The notes under the pieces were generated by a model, which saw only the letters and a program-made list of their open reading frames with translations, ran no database searches and had not been told where the DNA came from. DNA of 64,000 nucleotides, taken from the NCBI GenBank assembly GCA_965116025.1, contig OZ220480.1, positions 32,001 to 96,000 of the forward strand. Reading direction: 5' to 3'. Positions 1 through 11,433 of the stretch are shown here, piece by piece. Position 1 is the first letter of the stretch; every line of letters begins with the position of its first letter. The DNA comes from an uncultured candidatus Porisulfidus sp. GTDB lineage: Bacteria > Pseudomonadota > Gammaproteobacteria > Poriferisulfidales > Poriferisulfidaceae. A program made the position numbers and the translations under genes.

Positions 1-427
1 ACCAGCGCGGCAACTTCGGGGGGAATATAACGCTCAAGTTAGCTGCCAGTTGGGTTTTAGCCAGAGAGCTCAATGAAGCGTGATCGTTTCTGGCATAGCC
101 ACAAAAAAAACGCGCGCGAGGTACCCGATGATATCGAGAAAAAGTTCCCGGCTCCTCCTCGGTCTCAACCCGATACTCAAGATGAATCCCGACAAGAAAT
201 TTTGCTGGAGAGTTACGAGACACCGCCATCCCATCAGCGCGACATGAATCCGACCGCGCGCCACCGAGGAGGCGTTCCACTTATCGATCCGCAGAACCCT
301 GAAGAATCAATGACCCCCAGCGCCCACACAGTCGGATTTGGATAGTTCGCGAAAAACTGAGCCAGCCAAACCTTCACTCTAAAGAAGAGATGTCCTGATC
401 AAAGGATCAGTGGGAGACTCTCGTCAA

Positions 428-658
428 TCAGGCTTTTCGCAACCGAAAGCAGAATTTCCCGTTTTCCTCGGAGGACTCCAGCAACGGGTTTCCGGTCTGC
501 TTCGAAAACGCTTCAAAATCCTTGACCGCCCCGGGATCCGTCGCGACCACGCGCAACACCTGCCCACTATCCATAGAGGCCAAGGATTTTTTCGCGCGCA
601 AGATGGGGAGCGGGCAATTCAGTCCAGAGGCATCCAACTCTTGGTCAAAATCCGACAT
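428..658 (-). CDS. tusA: Sulfurtransferase TusA/SirA family
   Basis: 76 aa, LDASGLNCPLP (CPxP) motif. Confidence 0.92.
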   Translation of the reverse strand: MSDFDQELDASGLNCPLPILRAKKSLASMDSGQVLRVVATDPGAVKDFEAFSKQTGNPLLESSEENGKFCFRLRKA

Positions 659-883
659 GCGTATACACTCCTGTTGTCAATGTCCAGTTCTATTATATGC
701 TGGGCGCGTACAATATAATTCCCATATAATTGATCGCGCCACCTCAAGCCAGGACCGATTCGCCACACGCCGAAACGCGAGACCGGAACCTTCGCCCGCC
801 TCCCTCTGTCCAACTTTCCACAGTTGCGCGCCAAATCCGCGCGAGACCGACGTTCCATGCTCATTATTTAGATTTTTGGAAAA

Positions 884-2350
884 ATGACGCGAGCGACCCC
901 CTTTTCCGCACGCGAAATACGGGCCGGGCTCTTGGGTCTGTTTCTCTTCGCGCACGGCGCTAGCCTCGCGCATTTCTATGACGATGTCATCGATGATTCC
1001 GAATTGCCCAGCGTCGGAGAGCCAGCCGACCGAGTCATGACCCAGGCCGAAGAAGCCTGGATCAAGAAATTCCTGAAAGCCCAGATATACGGAAGCATGC
1101 CGGTAAGCGAGGACCCGGAATCCAACGCCTACATCCAGAGCCTAGCGAATCGCATCCTGGAACGCGCCGCCATTGAGCAAGAATTCGAGTTGCTGATCGT
1201 GCGCAACAGGCAGGTCAACGCCTTCGCCATGCCTGGAGGGTTGCTCGCGTTCTATACGGGCCTGATCTCGAAAGCTCGAAACGAGAGCGAGCTGGCGGGC
1301 GTGGTCGCGCACGAGATGGCGCATGTCACGCAACGCCATCTGGCCCGAATGCGAGACCACAGCGGCTTCTCGAATCTCAGTCTCCTCGCCCTAGCGGGCA
1401 TGATCGTCGCCGGAGCCGCCCAGACTTCCGCGTTGTTGCCCGTCACCATATTGGGACAAGCCGCGGAAAAGCAGCGCTTCCTGAATTATTCGCGCGCGCA
1501 TGAGCAGGAAGCGGACCGCATAGCGACCCACTTTCTCGCGCAGTCGGGAATCGACCCGAACGGGGTCGCGAATTTCTTCGAGGTCCTGCTCAAGGCCTCC
1601 GACCAGCGGTACAGTGAGGATTTCGAGTATCTCAGCACCCACCCGGCGACTTCTTCCCGAATCGTGGAGGCGTGGGACCGGGCGAGGCAATACCAAGGCG
1701 TCTATATTCAAGACAGCGACATGTTCCAGTTCATTCGCCAGCGCATCATTTCCCTGCATACCCCCGCGCATGAAAGGCTGGAGCTGTTTCAGAGCCAACT
1801 GGCCGCGGGCCACGAGCCTGACGCTCCAGAACGGTATGGAGCGGTGGTGGCCCTGCAGAAGAATGGCGATCACGCCAAGGCTTTGGAGGAGCTTCGCGGC
1901 ATCAAGGTCGAGGCCCCGGGACCGCGCCTTCTGCTGGGTATGGCGGCCGCCGAATCGCGGAAACGCCTAGGGCGACTCGAGGAGGCCATCGCGGATCTGG
2001 AAGCACTGCACCGGGAAGCCCCTAGCCATACCGCGGTGGAATTCTATTTGGCCCAAGCCTATCTCGCGGATGGCAAACCCGACCAAGCGCTAAAACTAAT
2101 CCGCAAACGGGTCCGCCGAGGCATTCAGACTCCCCAGACCTATCGATTGCTGGCCGAAGCTGCCGACGCGACTGGCCAAGCGGTGATCTCGCATATCGCG
2201 TTGGCGGATCATTACCTCAGCAAATACCAGCTTCGGCAGGCGGCGTTGCAATTGGAAATCGCGGAAAAGCGCACCAAGGCGAACACGGCGAACCAAGCCA
2301 GGATCGACCACCGGCGTTCCGAAATCCTGACTATGGCGCAAGGGTTTTAG
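884..2350 (+). CDS. bepA: M48 family periplasmic metalloprotease with TPR (BepA/YfgC-like)
   Basis: Signal peptide, NAFAMPGG, HEMAH zinc motif, YSRAHEQEAD, STHP, C-terminal TPR-like helices. Confidence 0.85.
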   Translation: MTRATPFSAREIRAGLLGLFLFAHGASLAHFYDDVIDDSELPSVGEPADRVMTQAEEAWIKKFLKAQIYGSMPVSEDPESNAYIQSLANRILERAAIEQEFELLIVRNRQVNAFAMPGGLLAFYTGLISKARNESELAGVVAHEMAHVTQRHLARMRDHSGFSNLSLLALAGMIVAGAAQTSALLPVTILGQAAEKQRFLNYSRAHEQEADRIATHFLAQSGIDPNGVANFFEVLLKASDQRYSEDFEYLSTHPATSSRIVEAWDRARQYQGVYIQDSDMFQFIRQRIISLHTPAHERLELFQSQLAAGHEPDAPERYGAVVALQKNGDHAKALEELRGIKVEAPGPRLLLGMAAAESRKRLGRLEEAIADLEALHREAPSHTAVEFYLAQAYLADGKPDQALKLIRKRVRRGIQTPQTYRLLAEAADATGQAVISHIALADHYLSKYQLRQAALQLEIAEKRTKANTANQARIDHRRSEILTMAQGF

Positions 2351-2373
2351 CGATCCTGCCGTACAATTAGCCT

Positions 2374-2841
2374 ATGAAAAGCTTTCCTCTATCAAGACTC
2401 TCGCGCCGGCTGTTTCTACAGGCTTGCGCTGCCTTGCCGGCTCTCGCCTTGGCTCGCCCGGCTTTCCCTGGCTTCTCCGACTGGTCGAAATCCTTTTCGG
2501 CGAATACGCTTGACGCGGCTCTAGCCGAGCTCGCGGACGGACAAGTCGTTCAAGACCATCCAGACATTGAGTTGGAAGTTCCCGACATAGCCGAGGACAG
2601 TGGAAAGGTGCCGATCCAAGTCCGCGCCCCTCTTCCTGGAGTCGAGAGGATCAGCGTCTTGATTGAAGCCAACCCGGTCCCGCTAATCTCCATCGCTCAT
2701 ATCCAGAAGCGAACCGAGCCTTTCGTCTCGCTACGCGTCAAGATGCGGGAGACCTCGCGCGTCATCGCGCTAGCGCACACGTCTAACGGAATCTTTCAAA
2801 AAGCGCGAAAAGTCGAGGTCACCGCGGGCGGTTGCGCGTAA
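2374..2841 (+). CDS. soxY: SoxY-family sulfur carrier protein
   Basis: Tat signal SRRLFL, PDIAEDSGKVP, C-terminal VEVTAGGCA swinging arm. Confidence 0.85.
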   Translation: MKSFPLSRLSRRLFLQACAALPALALARPAFPGFSDWSKSFSANTLDAALAELADGQVVQDHPDIELEVPDIAEDSGKVPIQVRAPLPGVERISVLIEANPVPLISIAHIQKRTEPFVSLRVKMRETSRVIALAHTSNGIFQKARKVEVTAGGCA

Positions 2842-2911
2842 GCGCGACCTTGTGATCCAGACCGATCAAATCGAACGCGGTCCCGGGCGGGAATGCGCCC
2901 CCTCGCCACGA

Positions 2912-4036
2912 TCACTTGACCACGCCAGCTAGCGTCCTCGGCGTAGGAGCGAAATCCGGCGAGATCGCCTTGGCCGGACAAACCTCTATGCAGGCGTAGC
3001 AACGGATGCATTCCTTCTCGTTGATATAGAGCGTGTTGTAGTACAGCCCGGCCGTCTCGGCCGGCTCGACCTGTCCATATTCCATGGTGCCCGGGGCGCC
3101 GCCATCCGCTGGGCGCAGACTCGCGGCCTCCACGATGCAGTGCTCCACCGGCTTGACCATGAGGCATTCGTCACACAGCACGCACTTGGAGTTGTCGATC
3201 ACCGGGACTGGCGACCGGGCATCCTCGAATTTGTCGTAGAAAATATTCTCGCTCGACAGACCAGCTTTTCGTAGCACCGCGATGCCAGCATCAATCATCG
3301 GAGGCGGGCCGCAGAAATACGCTTTCATCCGGTTGATGCTGACCTGTCCGCTCGCCAAATAGTGTCGCTTGAAGTAGTCCGTGACGAGTCCGCGTCCGCC
3401 GGACCAATCGGAGCCCTCTGGCTCCTCGTTGAGCACTTGGTGGAATTTCAGCACGTAGTCCGGGTGCCAGCGCCTCTGCAACGCCTCGACCTCCTCCTTC
3501 AGATACAGATCCCGTTGCGTGCGAGCACCGTAGAAGAAGTAGCAGTTCCGGGCGACCTGAAGATTCGCGGCATGCTCAATGATGGCGAAGACCGCGCTCA
3601 TGCCGGAGCCGCCCGCGATGCAGACCATGTCCTCCCGAGACGGATCGAGCTTGAACTTTCCAAGCGGCCCCGATAGCGTTACTTCCTCTCCGGTTCGATC
3701 CCCTCCCGCCAACCAGGCGGACAATTCTCCTCCCGGCACTAGACGTATAAAGAACGTATGCTCTCCCGGGTTTTCCGACTCTGGAGCGCGGGCGAAAGAA
3801 TAAGGGCGCGGCTTGCGAATGCCTGGGACACGAATCGTCCAGAACTGTCCCGCCTCTCCGACCCGCAATTCCTCGTCGTGGTCGCACTGAACGATGATCT
3901 CGTAGGTATCGTGCGTCAAGCTGCGCATGCTCTTGACCTTGCCTTCCCGGTATCCAACGCGCAGAGTCTGGATATGGCGATCCGGTTTTGGCAGGGCCAG
4001 CGGATCCCGGTAACTTTCCAACATTTCCTGTGCCAT
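2912..4036 (-). CDS. FAD/NAD(P)-binding (FNR-type) oxidoreductase with C-terminal ferredoxin-like Fe-S domain
   Basis: RPYS, AGGSGMS, YGAR, CGPPPMI motifs; CVLCDEC and CIRCYACIEVCP cysteine motifs. Confidence 0.85.
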   Translation of the reverse strand: MAQEMLESYRDPLALPKPDRHIQTLRVGYREGKVKSMRSLTHDTYEIIVQCDHDEELRVGEAGQFWTIRVPGIRKPRPYSFARAPESENPGEHTFFIRLVPGGELSAWLAGGDRTGEEVTLSGPLGKFKLDPSREDMVCIAGGSGMSAVFAIIEHAANLQVARNCYFFYGARTQRDLYLKEEVEALQRRWHPDYVLKFHQVLNEEPEGSDWSGGRGLVTDYFKRHYLASGQVSINRMKAYFCGPPPMIDAGIAVLRKAGLSSENIFYDKFEDARSPVPVIDNSKCVLCDECLMVKPVEHCIVEAASLRPADGGAPGTMEYGQVEPAETAGLYYNTLYINEKECIRCYACIEVCPAKAISPDFAPTPRTLAGVVK

Positions 4037-6327
4037 CAGTTGAAGACCTCCGGATGCTCCTGCTTGGCGTATTCGAGAATCTGCTCATCGGTCGCGTCGG
4101 CGCCACGATTCTTGTTGCGCCAGGCCGCGATATAGCCTTCCAGGCCCCCGAGCTCCTCAAGGCGAGTCTTCTTGGTGGTTTCCGGATCCGCCTTCTCGAT
4201 CTCAGCCAAGCAAGAATAGAACGTCGGGCTCATACCGAAGTCGGTCAGCATCTCCGAATTCAGGGCATTCACGTTCACCCCACCAGGAGTGTTGCTTCCC
4301 TTGAACTGCTTCTGCGTCGCGCACACGCCGTCGAGCAGTCCCTTGATGATGACCGCGTAGCAGTACGTCTCGCCCCGGTCGTTGTATAGGCGCACCAGAT
4401 CCCCGTCTTCAATGCCGCGTTCTCGGGCGTCATTGGGACTCATCTCCACGGTGGGCCTCGACATCATCGCCTGCAATCTCGGCACCGACTGGAACGAATC
4501 GCCAATGAAATAGTGGGCGGCGGAACTCAACACCTGAATGGGATAGCTCTCGCGTTTCGGATCCTCCTGTCCCTCCACTTCCGGGTTGTAGGTAGGCAAC
4601 GGGTCTTGTCCCTGCTCCGCCAGCGTCTGGCTGAAGATCTCGATTTTCTTGCTCCCGGTCGGCCAACCGTTATGCAGGAAATCCCGTCGCTTGGACTTGT
4701 CGCTGGCGCGCGCCCAGCCGTTCTTCTCCAGCTGTTCGTACGTGATCCCCTCCATAAGAGGGTTGACCTCCTCGTCGAACAAAATGTCGCGGATCATCTC
4801 CTCGTCGGTCTGGGTGAACGCGTTGTCGCCCTCTTCCACATATCCCATCTTTCGCGCCATGCGACGGAACAGCTCGGTATTGGAGCAACTCTCGCCCAGC
4901 GGCTCAATCACCGCCTTGTTCATGTTGAAGTGCCAGTGGCCATAGGCCGCGTGCAGGTCCATACGCTCGAACTGCGTGTCCGCCGGGAGCACCACGTCCG
5001 CGTAGTTGCAGGTGTCCGTCCAGAACGTGTCGTGCACCGCCACGAACAGATCGTCACGCATCAGTCCACGCCGCACGTTGCCGGAGTTCGGCGCGCAATT
5101 CGCCGGGTCCGAGTTGTATACGAAGATCGACTTGATCGGCGGATCCATCGGCTTATCGTCGGAGCCAATGTTGTCGGCGAGGGCGCGACCGATCTGCACC
5201 ATGTTCACGATCCGCTTCTCGGGCCGGTTGCCGAGATCCGGGCGCTGCAGCTTGGGCAGGTTGAATTGCAGCCACATCTCTTCCAACGTGCCGAACGCGG
5301 CCCCACCGTTCGGCTCGCGCCAAGCGCCGGTGAGGCAAGGCATCACCAAGACGGCCCGGCAGGTCTGCCCAGAGTTCTGGTGACGATTGAGTCCGTAGTT
5401 GGCCCGGATGAAGGACTTCTTCGCCTTTCCATACATCAAGCCGAACTTCTCTATGTCCGCCTCCGACAAACCCGTGATCTCCGATACCCTTTCGAGCGGA
5501 TACTCGGGAAGCTTCTCGCTGATGAATTGCTCCCAACCTATCGTCTGCTCGCGCAGAAACGCCTCGTCGTGCAAGCCGTTGTCCACGATGACCTTCATCG
5601 CGCCAAGCGCTAGCGCGGCATCGGTTCCGGGGCGCGGCTGGATGTGCCAGTCCGCCATCATGGTCGTCCGGGTGACCCTAGGGTCAATGACGATCAGCTT
5701 GCAACCTCGCTCCTGGGCCTCGCGTATGAACGGGATCGCGTGCACCCCCGTGCTGACGAGGTTGGCCCCCCACAGGACGATCAGCTCCGCGTCCTGGGCG
5801 GCGTCGTGAATGGCCGGCCCGTTGGCCACGCCATACGTATGGATGCCAGCCCACATCGCGGCATAGATGCAGATGGATTGCTCCAATCGGGCGGCCTCCA
5901 TCTTGTTCCAGAAGCGCTGGTCCATAGCCCAATAGTTGAGCATGCCCAAAGTGCCAGAATACGAATACGGCTGCACGGCCTCGGAACCATGCTCGGCGAT
6001 CACTTTTTTGAAGTTTTCGGTGACCATATCCAGCGCCTCGTCCCAACTGATGCGCTCGAACTTCGCGCCCGGACCCCTGGAACCAACTCGCTTGTGCGGA
6101 TACAGCACCCGGTTGTCGTTGTAGACAAGATCCAGGTAGTGGTTCACCTTGTTACACAAATAGCCCCGCGTCACCGGATGGGTGGGATCACCTTGCACCC
6201 GGACCGCGCGGCCTGTGCTATCGTCTCGGGTCACGAGCATGGAGCAGGTGTCCGGACAGTCGTGCGGGCAACACACGTGATGCAGAGAGTGCCCGTCGGG
6301 AACCTTGATTTTTGAAACTTGCGTCAT
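4036..6327 (-). CDS. Molybdopterin (Mo/W-bisPGD) oxidoreductase, cytoplasmic, substrate unknown
   Basis: CPHDCPDTC...LCNK Fe-S motif, RISWDEA, VIDPR, RPGTDAAL, ADVVLPA, C-terminal DGDLVRLYNDRG; no Tat signal. Confidence 0.9.
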   Translation of the reverse strand: MTQVSKIKVPDGHSLHHVCCPHDCPDTCSMLVTRDDSTGRAVRVQGDPTHPVTRGYLCNKVNHYLDLVYNDNRVLYPHKRVGSRGPGAKFERISWDEALDMVTENFKKVIAEHGSEAVQPYSYSGTLGMLNYWAMDQRFWNKMEAARLEQSICIYAAMWAGIHTYGVANGPAIHDAAQDAELIVLWGANLVSTGVHAIPFIREAQERGCKLIVIDPRVTRTTMMADWHIQPRPGTDAALALGAMKVIVDNGLHDEAFLREQTIGWEQFISEKLPEYPLERVSEITGLSEADIEKFGLMYGKAKKSFIRANYGLNRHQNSGQTCRAVLVMPCLTGAWREPNGGAAFGTLEEMWLQFNLPKLQRPDLGNRPEKRIVNMVQIGRALADNIGSDDKPMDPPIKSIFVYNSDPANCAPNSGNVRRGLMRDDLFVAVHDTFWTDTCNYADVVLPADTQFERMDLHAAYGHWHFNMNKAVIEPLGESCSNTELFRRMARKMGYVEEGDNAFTQTDEEMIRDILFDEEVNPLMEGITYEQLEKNGWARASDKSKRRDFLHNGWPTGSKKIEIFSQTLAEQGQDPLPTYNPEVEGQEDPKRESYPIQVLSSAAHYFIGDSFQSVPRLQAMMSRPTVEMSPNDARERGIEDGDLVRLYNDRGETYCYAVIIKGLLDGVCATQKQFKGSNTPGGVNVNALNSEMLTDFGMSPTFYSCLAEIEKADPETTKKTRLEELGGLEGYIAAWRNKNRGADATDEQILEYAKQEHPEVFN

Positions 6328-6659
6328 GAGCCTTCCTCGAAAATCTCGCGGCAGGAACGTTGCCTCGAACCCTTCAAATTATACACAAACGAGTTAGGGA
6401 TTTATCCCCGATTTCCGAGCTAACGCCGATTTTTGGGAAATTTCTGAATGATCTTTCGCTTTCACGGATGCGCCAGTCGGATTCGAGGCGATGCCAAGGC
6501 CAGGTTCGGGTGAATTTTCACGGTCAAAGCTCGGATTCCACCCGATTCTCGAGAGCATGGCTTGGGCTGCGCGCGCGGCTTATGCGGGCCGCGTCTTCCG
6601 AATGGCGCTGGCGGATCACCGATTCGCGCTCTTGATCAATGCGCGATCAGGGAGGGAAG

Positions 6660-6736
6660 TGGTGGGTCGTGCAGGGATCGAACCTGCGACCAACGGATTA
6701 AAAGTCCGGTGCTCTACCTGGCTGAGCTAACGACCC
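6660..6736 (-). tRNA. tRNA-Lys (UUU)
   Basis: Reverse complement GGGTCGTTAGCTCAGCCAGGTAGAGCACCGGACTTTTAATCCGTTGGTCGCAGGTTCGATCCCTGCACGACCCACCA: cloverleaf, anticodon TTT, encoded CCA. Confidence 0.97.
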
Positions 6737-6748
6737 AGGATTCTTCAG

Positions 6749-7978
6749 CTATATCGCTTCATGGCGGCGCCATTTCCCGGGCGCCAAGCGCAAATCGGCC
6801 ATTCCGGCGATCAGGGCGCTTCCCCAACTCGCCTCGTCCTCGTAGACCATTTTGTAGTATTGAGCCTTCATCGTCAACGCGCTGCCCAAGCAGATGCTGG
6901 CGAAGGTCAGGAAAGACCCCATCGCCAGCGTGGAGACTCCAGAGACCGCTTGCCCGATCGTGCAGCCGATCGACAGCACTCCGCCGAAGCCCATCAGCAA
7001 CCCTCCAGCCGCATGCCTCACCGCGTCACCAGCCGACTGGAACCACTCCAACCGCAACCGCCGCGAGAGCGACGCGTACAAAAAAGCCCCAGCGATCACT
7101 CCGGCCCCCGCCACTAGGGCGAAGCTCACGAAGCGGCTGGAAAACCCGGTCTCCAAGTAACGGATCAGGACCGCCGCCGGCTGCACGAAAGTCAGCGACT
7201 GGGCTCCCACCCCGTACGGCTGCTCATCGCCTTCCAGAAAAGCGACCTCCTCGATCAATTCCTGCCCCATGCTCCCGGCCGTCACGTACCAGGCCGCCAC
7301 CACGCATAGCCCCAGCGCGACTCCGGCCAGCACGTTGTCTCGGCTCTTGACGAAATCGGGCGAGCGCAACGTCCATACCAGCATCAGGCCCGCGACGAGC
7401 AGGCCGATGGCGAGCATGACCACTGGCGTCGGCAATCCCAACGGCGCGGAGATGACCGCTCCCAGGGACTGGTCCGCGATTCCTAAGCTCCGAAGATCAA
7501 TGAAAGCCGGTTGCATCCATCGCAGGAACGCGTGGTAGCCGAAATTGGTGAAGATCATCAGATAGCCGGCGATCCCCATCGCCAGCAACACCACCACCGA
7601 CTTCAGGTTGCCTCCGCCGACGCGCACCATGGTGCGGTTCCCGCAGCCAGAGCCTATCGTCATGCCCACGCCAAACAAAAGTCCGCCGACGAGGAAGCGC
7701 GGCCAAGGAAACAGGGCGGCGCGATATGGGGGCCGCCCGGTTTCCGCGCTCTCGGTCAGGCTCATGTCCGCCAAGCCCAAGTACTCGAGGATGGCCACCC
7801 CCAGCACCGCCACCGCCATGCCGAGCACCCAAGCCCGCATGCGCCCGGAATCGCCGATGTTGACGAGGTCCGACACGGCCCCCATCGTGCAGAAATTCGT
7901 CTTGTAGGCGACCGCCCCCAAGACCGCGGCGATCAGAAAGCTGGCAAGCAGAACCTGGCGGTAGATTTCAAGTTCCAT
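6749..7978 (-). CDS. YeeE/YedE family sulfur-compound transporter
   Basis: Multi-TM protein with NFCTMG, GSGCG and GCTIGQ conserved Cys motifs; start set at MELEIY. Confidence 0.9.
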   Translation of the reverse strand: MELEIYRQVLLASFLIAAVLGAVAYKTNFCTMGAVSDLVNIGDSGRMRAWVLGMAVAVLGVAILEYLGLADMSLTESAETGRPPYRAALFPWPRFLVGGLLFGVGMTIGSGCGNRTMVRVGGGNLKSVVVLLAMGIAGYLMIFTNFGYHAFLRWMQPAFIDLRSLGIADQSLGAVISAPLGLPTPVVMLAIGLLVAGLMLVWTLRSPDFVKSRDNVLAGVALGLCVVAAWYVTAGSMGQELIEEVAFLEGDEQPYGVGAQSLTFVQPAAVLIRYLETGFSSRFVSFALVAGAGVIAGAFLYASLSRRLRLEWFQSAGDAVRHAAGGLLMGFGGVLSIGCTIGQAVSGVSTLAMGSFLTFASICLGSALTMKAQYYKMVYEDEASWGSALIAGMADLRLAPGKWRRHEAI

Positions 7979-8129
7979 ATTCGCGTTCGCGCGTTTCGCG
8001 GGGTGGTCAATTGTACAACGGGACGCGCTCACCCCCTGCGCGCGAAGCCTGATCGGCGGCGCGCGGAATCCAAACGTCAGGAAATCCGGTTTAAACTATA
8101 GAGAAGCCCACTTTCATGGAAGACTCGAG

Positions 8130-10937
8130 ATGGAGCGCATCCGGATTCGCGGAGCGCGGACGCACAACCTCGCCGACATCGATCTGGATATCCCCCGCGA
8201 CCGGCTGACCGTGATCACCGGCCTGTCTGGCTCTGGCAAGTCCTCGCTCGCCTTCGACACCATTTTCGCCGAAGGACAGCGCCGTTATGTCGAGTCGCTG
8301 TCGGCCTACGCGCGGCAGTTCCTCGCGCGCATGGAGAAACCCGACGTGGACAGCATCGAGGGCCTGTCCCCCTCCATCTCGATCGAGCAGAAAAGCGCCT
8401 CGCACAACCCCCGCTCCACGGTCGGCACGATCACCGAGATTCACGACTATCTGCGTCTGCTGTACGCCCGGGTCGGGATCCCCCGGTGTCCGCGTCACCA
8501 CCATGATCTGCAAGCTCAGACCGTCACCGAGATGACGGATCACGTGCAGTCACTGCCCAAGGGCCGGCGCGTCATGATTCTCGCGCCGGTCGCGCGCGAC
8601 CGGAAAGGGGAGCACCATGAGACGTTGCGGGCGTTGCGGGCACAGGGCTTTCTACGCGCGCGCATCGACGGCGTGGTGCGCGAGCTGGACGAGTCGATCC
8701 ATCTGAAGCTTCGCCAAAAGCACACGATCGAGGTCGTCGTCGACCGCCTCAAGATACGTGACGGCATTCGGGCCCGAATCGCCGAATCTTTCGAGACCGC
8801 GCTACGACTGACGCAGGGAACCGCGCGCGTGGTCAACATGGATGGCGACACCATCGACGAGACCTTCTCCAGCCAGTACGCATGTCCAGAGTGCGGCTAT
8901 AGCCTGAACGAGCTGGAGCCTCGTCTTTTCTCCTTCAACAGTCCGGTCGGCGCATGCGACGAGTGCGATGGCTTGGGGGTGCAGATGTTCTTCGACAAGA
9001 CCAAGATCATTCATGCCGACCGATCTTTGCGCCATGGGGCGATCCGGGGCTGGGACGCGCGGAACACCGCGTACTTTCGGATGATCCAGACCCTGGCGCG
9101 CCACTACAATTTTTCCGTTGATCAGCAATTCCAGAACTTGCCACGCTCGGCGCGCGAGATCATTCTGTACGGGTCCAAGGGCGAATCCCTTCCCTTCGAG
9201 TACACTGATGTCCGTGGCCGGCGGGCACGTTCCACGCATCCGTTCGAGGGCGTGATTCCGAACATGGAGCGGCGGTTCCACGCCACGAGCTCCGCCGCCG
9301 TGCGCGATGAGCTGTCGAACTACCGTAGTCAGCACGCCTGTCCTGCCTGCGAGGGAGAGCGGCTGTGCGAGGCCGCGCGCAACGTCTTCATCAACGACAC
9401 CTCCTTGCCTCGGCTTCTGCGCTTGCCCATCGCCGAGGCGTTCGAGTTCTTCGAGAAAATGGATCTGCAGGGGTACCGAGCCCAAATCGCCTCGAAAATC
9501 GTCTCCGAGATCAGCCAGCGCCTTCGCTTCCTGATTGATGTCGGCCTGGAGTACCTCAGCCTCGAGCGTCGGGCGGAAACCCTTTCTGGAGGAGAGGCGC
9601 AACGTATCCGCCTGGCCAGCCAGGTCGGGGCCGGGCTGGTCGGCGTCACCTACATCCTGGACGAGCCATCCATCGGACTGCATCAACGAGACAACGGCAG
9701 ATTGCTCAAGACGCTCACCCGCCTGCGCGACATCGGAAACACCGTGATCGTCGTGGAACACGACGAGAGCGCCATGCGCAACGCCGATCATCTGATCGAC
9801 CTGGGACCGGGCGCGGGAGTCCACGGAGGGCGAATCGTCGCCGAGGGCTCGCCAGAGCAAGTCGCCCAGAACGTAGACTCGCTGACCGGCCAGTATCTTT
9901 CCGGCCAGCAAAAGATCGAGATTCCCGCGCGACGGACGCGCGCCAAAAAGGACCGCCGACTAGTCATTCGCAAAGCGTCAGGCAACAATCTGCGCGACCT
10001 CGACGTATCCATTCCCATCGGGCTGCTCACCTGCGTCACCGGCGTGTCCGGGTCCGGCAAGTCCACGCTGGTGAATGACACGCTGTACGGCCAGGCGGTT
10101 CGCCCGAAAGACCAGATTCCCGGTCCGTGCGAGAGATTGGAGGGAATGGCCCTGATAGACAAGGTCATCCGTATCGACCAGAGCCCCATCGGGCGGACGC
10201 CGCGCTCGAACGCGGCCACCTATACCGGCCTGTTCGGCCCGGTGCGGGATCTGTTCGCGTCGACCGAGGAGGCGCGCGCTCGGGGCTACGCCCCCGGACG
10301 GTTCAGTTTCAACGTGCGCGGCGGCCGGTGCGAGGCATGCCAAGGCGACGGCGTCATCAAAGTCGAAATGCATTTTCTTCCCGACGTCTACGTCCCCTGC
10401 GACATCTGCGGAGGGCTGCGCTACAACAGGGAAACCCTGGACATCCGCTACAAGGGAAAGAACATCGCTGAGGTTCTCGACATGACGGTCGAGACGGCCA
10501 TCGAATTCTTCCAGAACGTTCCCGTGGTGAGTCGAAAGCTTGACACGTTGGCTCAAGTCGGGCTGTCCTATCTGCGATTGGGACAAAGCGCCACGACTCT
10601 ATCGGGGGGAGAGGCCCAACGTATCAAACTGTCGCGCGAGCTGTCCAAGCGAGGAACCGGAAAAACCCTATACATCTTGGACGAGCCGACCACCGGGCTG
10701 CACTTCCACGACATCAAGCTGTTGCTACGGGTCCTGCATCAGTTGCGAGATTTGGGGAACACCGTGATCGTGATCGAGCACAACCTGGACGTAATAAAGA
10801 CCGCGGACTGGATCATCGATCTGGGACCAGAGGGAGGCCAAGCGGGGGGAGAGATCGTCGCCGAGGGCACGCCAGAGCAGGTCGCCCGCAACAAACGGTC
10901 TCATACCGGGAAATTCCTCGCCGCGACGCTGAAATGA
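8130..10937 (+). CDS. uvrA: Excinuclease ABC subunit A
   Basis: GARTHNL, two Walker A motifs ([16 protein letters not shown]), zinc fingers, two LSGGEAQR signatures. Confidence 0.98.
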   Translation: MERIRIRGARTHNLADIDLDIPRDRLTVITGLSGSGKSSLAFDTIFAEGQRRYVESLSAYARQFLARMEKPDVDSIEGLSPSISIEQKSASHNPRSTVGTITEIHDYLRLLYARVGIPRCPRHHHDLQAQTVTEMTDHVQSLPKGRRVMILAPVARDRKGEHHETLRALRAQGFLRARIDGVVRELDESIHLKLRQKHTIEVVVDRLKIRDGIRARIAESFETALRLTQGTARVVNMDGDTIDETFSSQYACPECGYSLNELEPRLFSFNSPVGACDECDGLGVQMFFDKTKIIHADRSLRHGAIRGWDARNTAYFRMIQTLARHYNFSVDQQFQNLPRSAREIILYGSKGESLPFEYTDVRGRRARSTHPFEGVIPNMERRFHATSSAAVRDELSNYRSQHACPACEGERLCEAARNVFINDTSLPRLLRLPIAEAFEFFEKMDLQGYRAQIASKIVSEISQRLRFLIDVGLEYLSLERRAETLSGGEAQRIRLASQVGAGLVGVTYILDEPSIGLHQRDNGRLLKTLTRLRDIGNTVIVVEHDESAMRNADHLIDLGPGAGVHGGRIVAEGSPEQVAQNVDSLTGQYLSGQQKIEIPARRTRAKKDRRLVIRKASGNNLRDLDVSIPIGLLTCVTGVSGSGKSTLVNDTLYGQAVRPKDQIPGPCERLEGMALIDKVIRIDQSPIGRTPRSNAATYTGLFGPVRDLFASTEEARARGYAPGRFSFNVRGGRCEACQGDGVIKVEMHFLPDVYVPCDICGGLRYNRETLDIRYKGKNIAEVLDMTVETAIEFFQNVPVVSRKLDTLAQVGLSYLRLGQSATTLSGGEAQRIKLSRELSKRGTGKTLYILDEPTTGLHFHDIKLLLRVLHQLRDLGNTVIVIEHNLDVIKTADWIIDLGPEGGQAGGEIVAEGTPEQVARNKRSHTGKFLAATLK

Positions 10938-10997
10938 GAGTCGGCGAGCGGCTTTTGGTCGCTCTTCCGAACCAGCGCTTCGCCGGTGAGGGTTCCG

Positions 10998-11423
10998 TTA
11001 CGGGAGCTGAAGCTTGGGCGTCTCGGCCGCGGCGGGAATAGATGTCGGCGAATCGCTCAGGGCTCTTTCCCGCTCCACCAGCTCGACGTACGCCATCGGA
11101 GCGTTGTCTCCCGGGCGATAGCCATTCTTGAGGACTCGCAAGTAGCCGCCGGGACGATCCCGATACTTAGGGCCCAGCGTCGCGAACAGTTTCGAGACCA
11201 CCTCCCGATCACGCAACTTGTCGAACGCACGTCGGCGGCGAGCCAACGTATCCTCTCCAGCCAACGTGATCAGGGGCTCGACGATCCGGCGCAGCTCCTT
11301 GGCCTTTGGCAAGGTCGTGCGGATCCCCTCGTGCCGCAACAGCGACACGGCCATATTGCGGAACATCGCCCGGCGATGCGCCGAATCGCGGTTCAGGCGG
11401 CGGCCCGCCTTCCGGTGACGCAT
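10998..11423 (-). CDS. rplQ: 50S ribosomal protein L17
   Basis: [27 protein letters not shown]. Confidence 0.97.
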   Translation of the reverse strand: MRHRKAGRRLNRDSAHRRAMFRNMAVSLLRHEGIRTTLPKAKELRRIVEPLITLAGEDTLARRRRAFDKLRDREVVSKLFATLGPKYRDRPGGYLRVLKNGYRPGDNAPMAYVELVERERALSDSPTSIPAAAETPKLQLP

Positions 11424-11433
11424 GGCGAGGCCC

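Noticed and set aside
70-345. Short ORFs on both strands at the window start
   Set aside because: No recognisable motif or RNA gene; no call can be supported.
2850-6736. Mo-enzyme operon as an island integrated at tRNA-Lys
   Set aside because: No duplicated tRNA 3' end or integrase seen; composition resembles the core genome.
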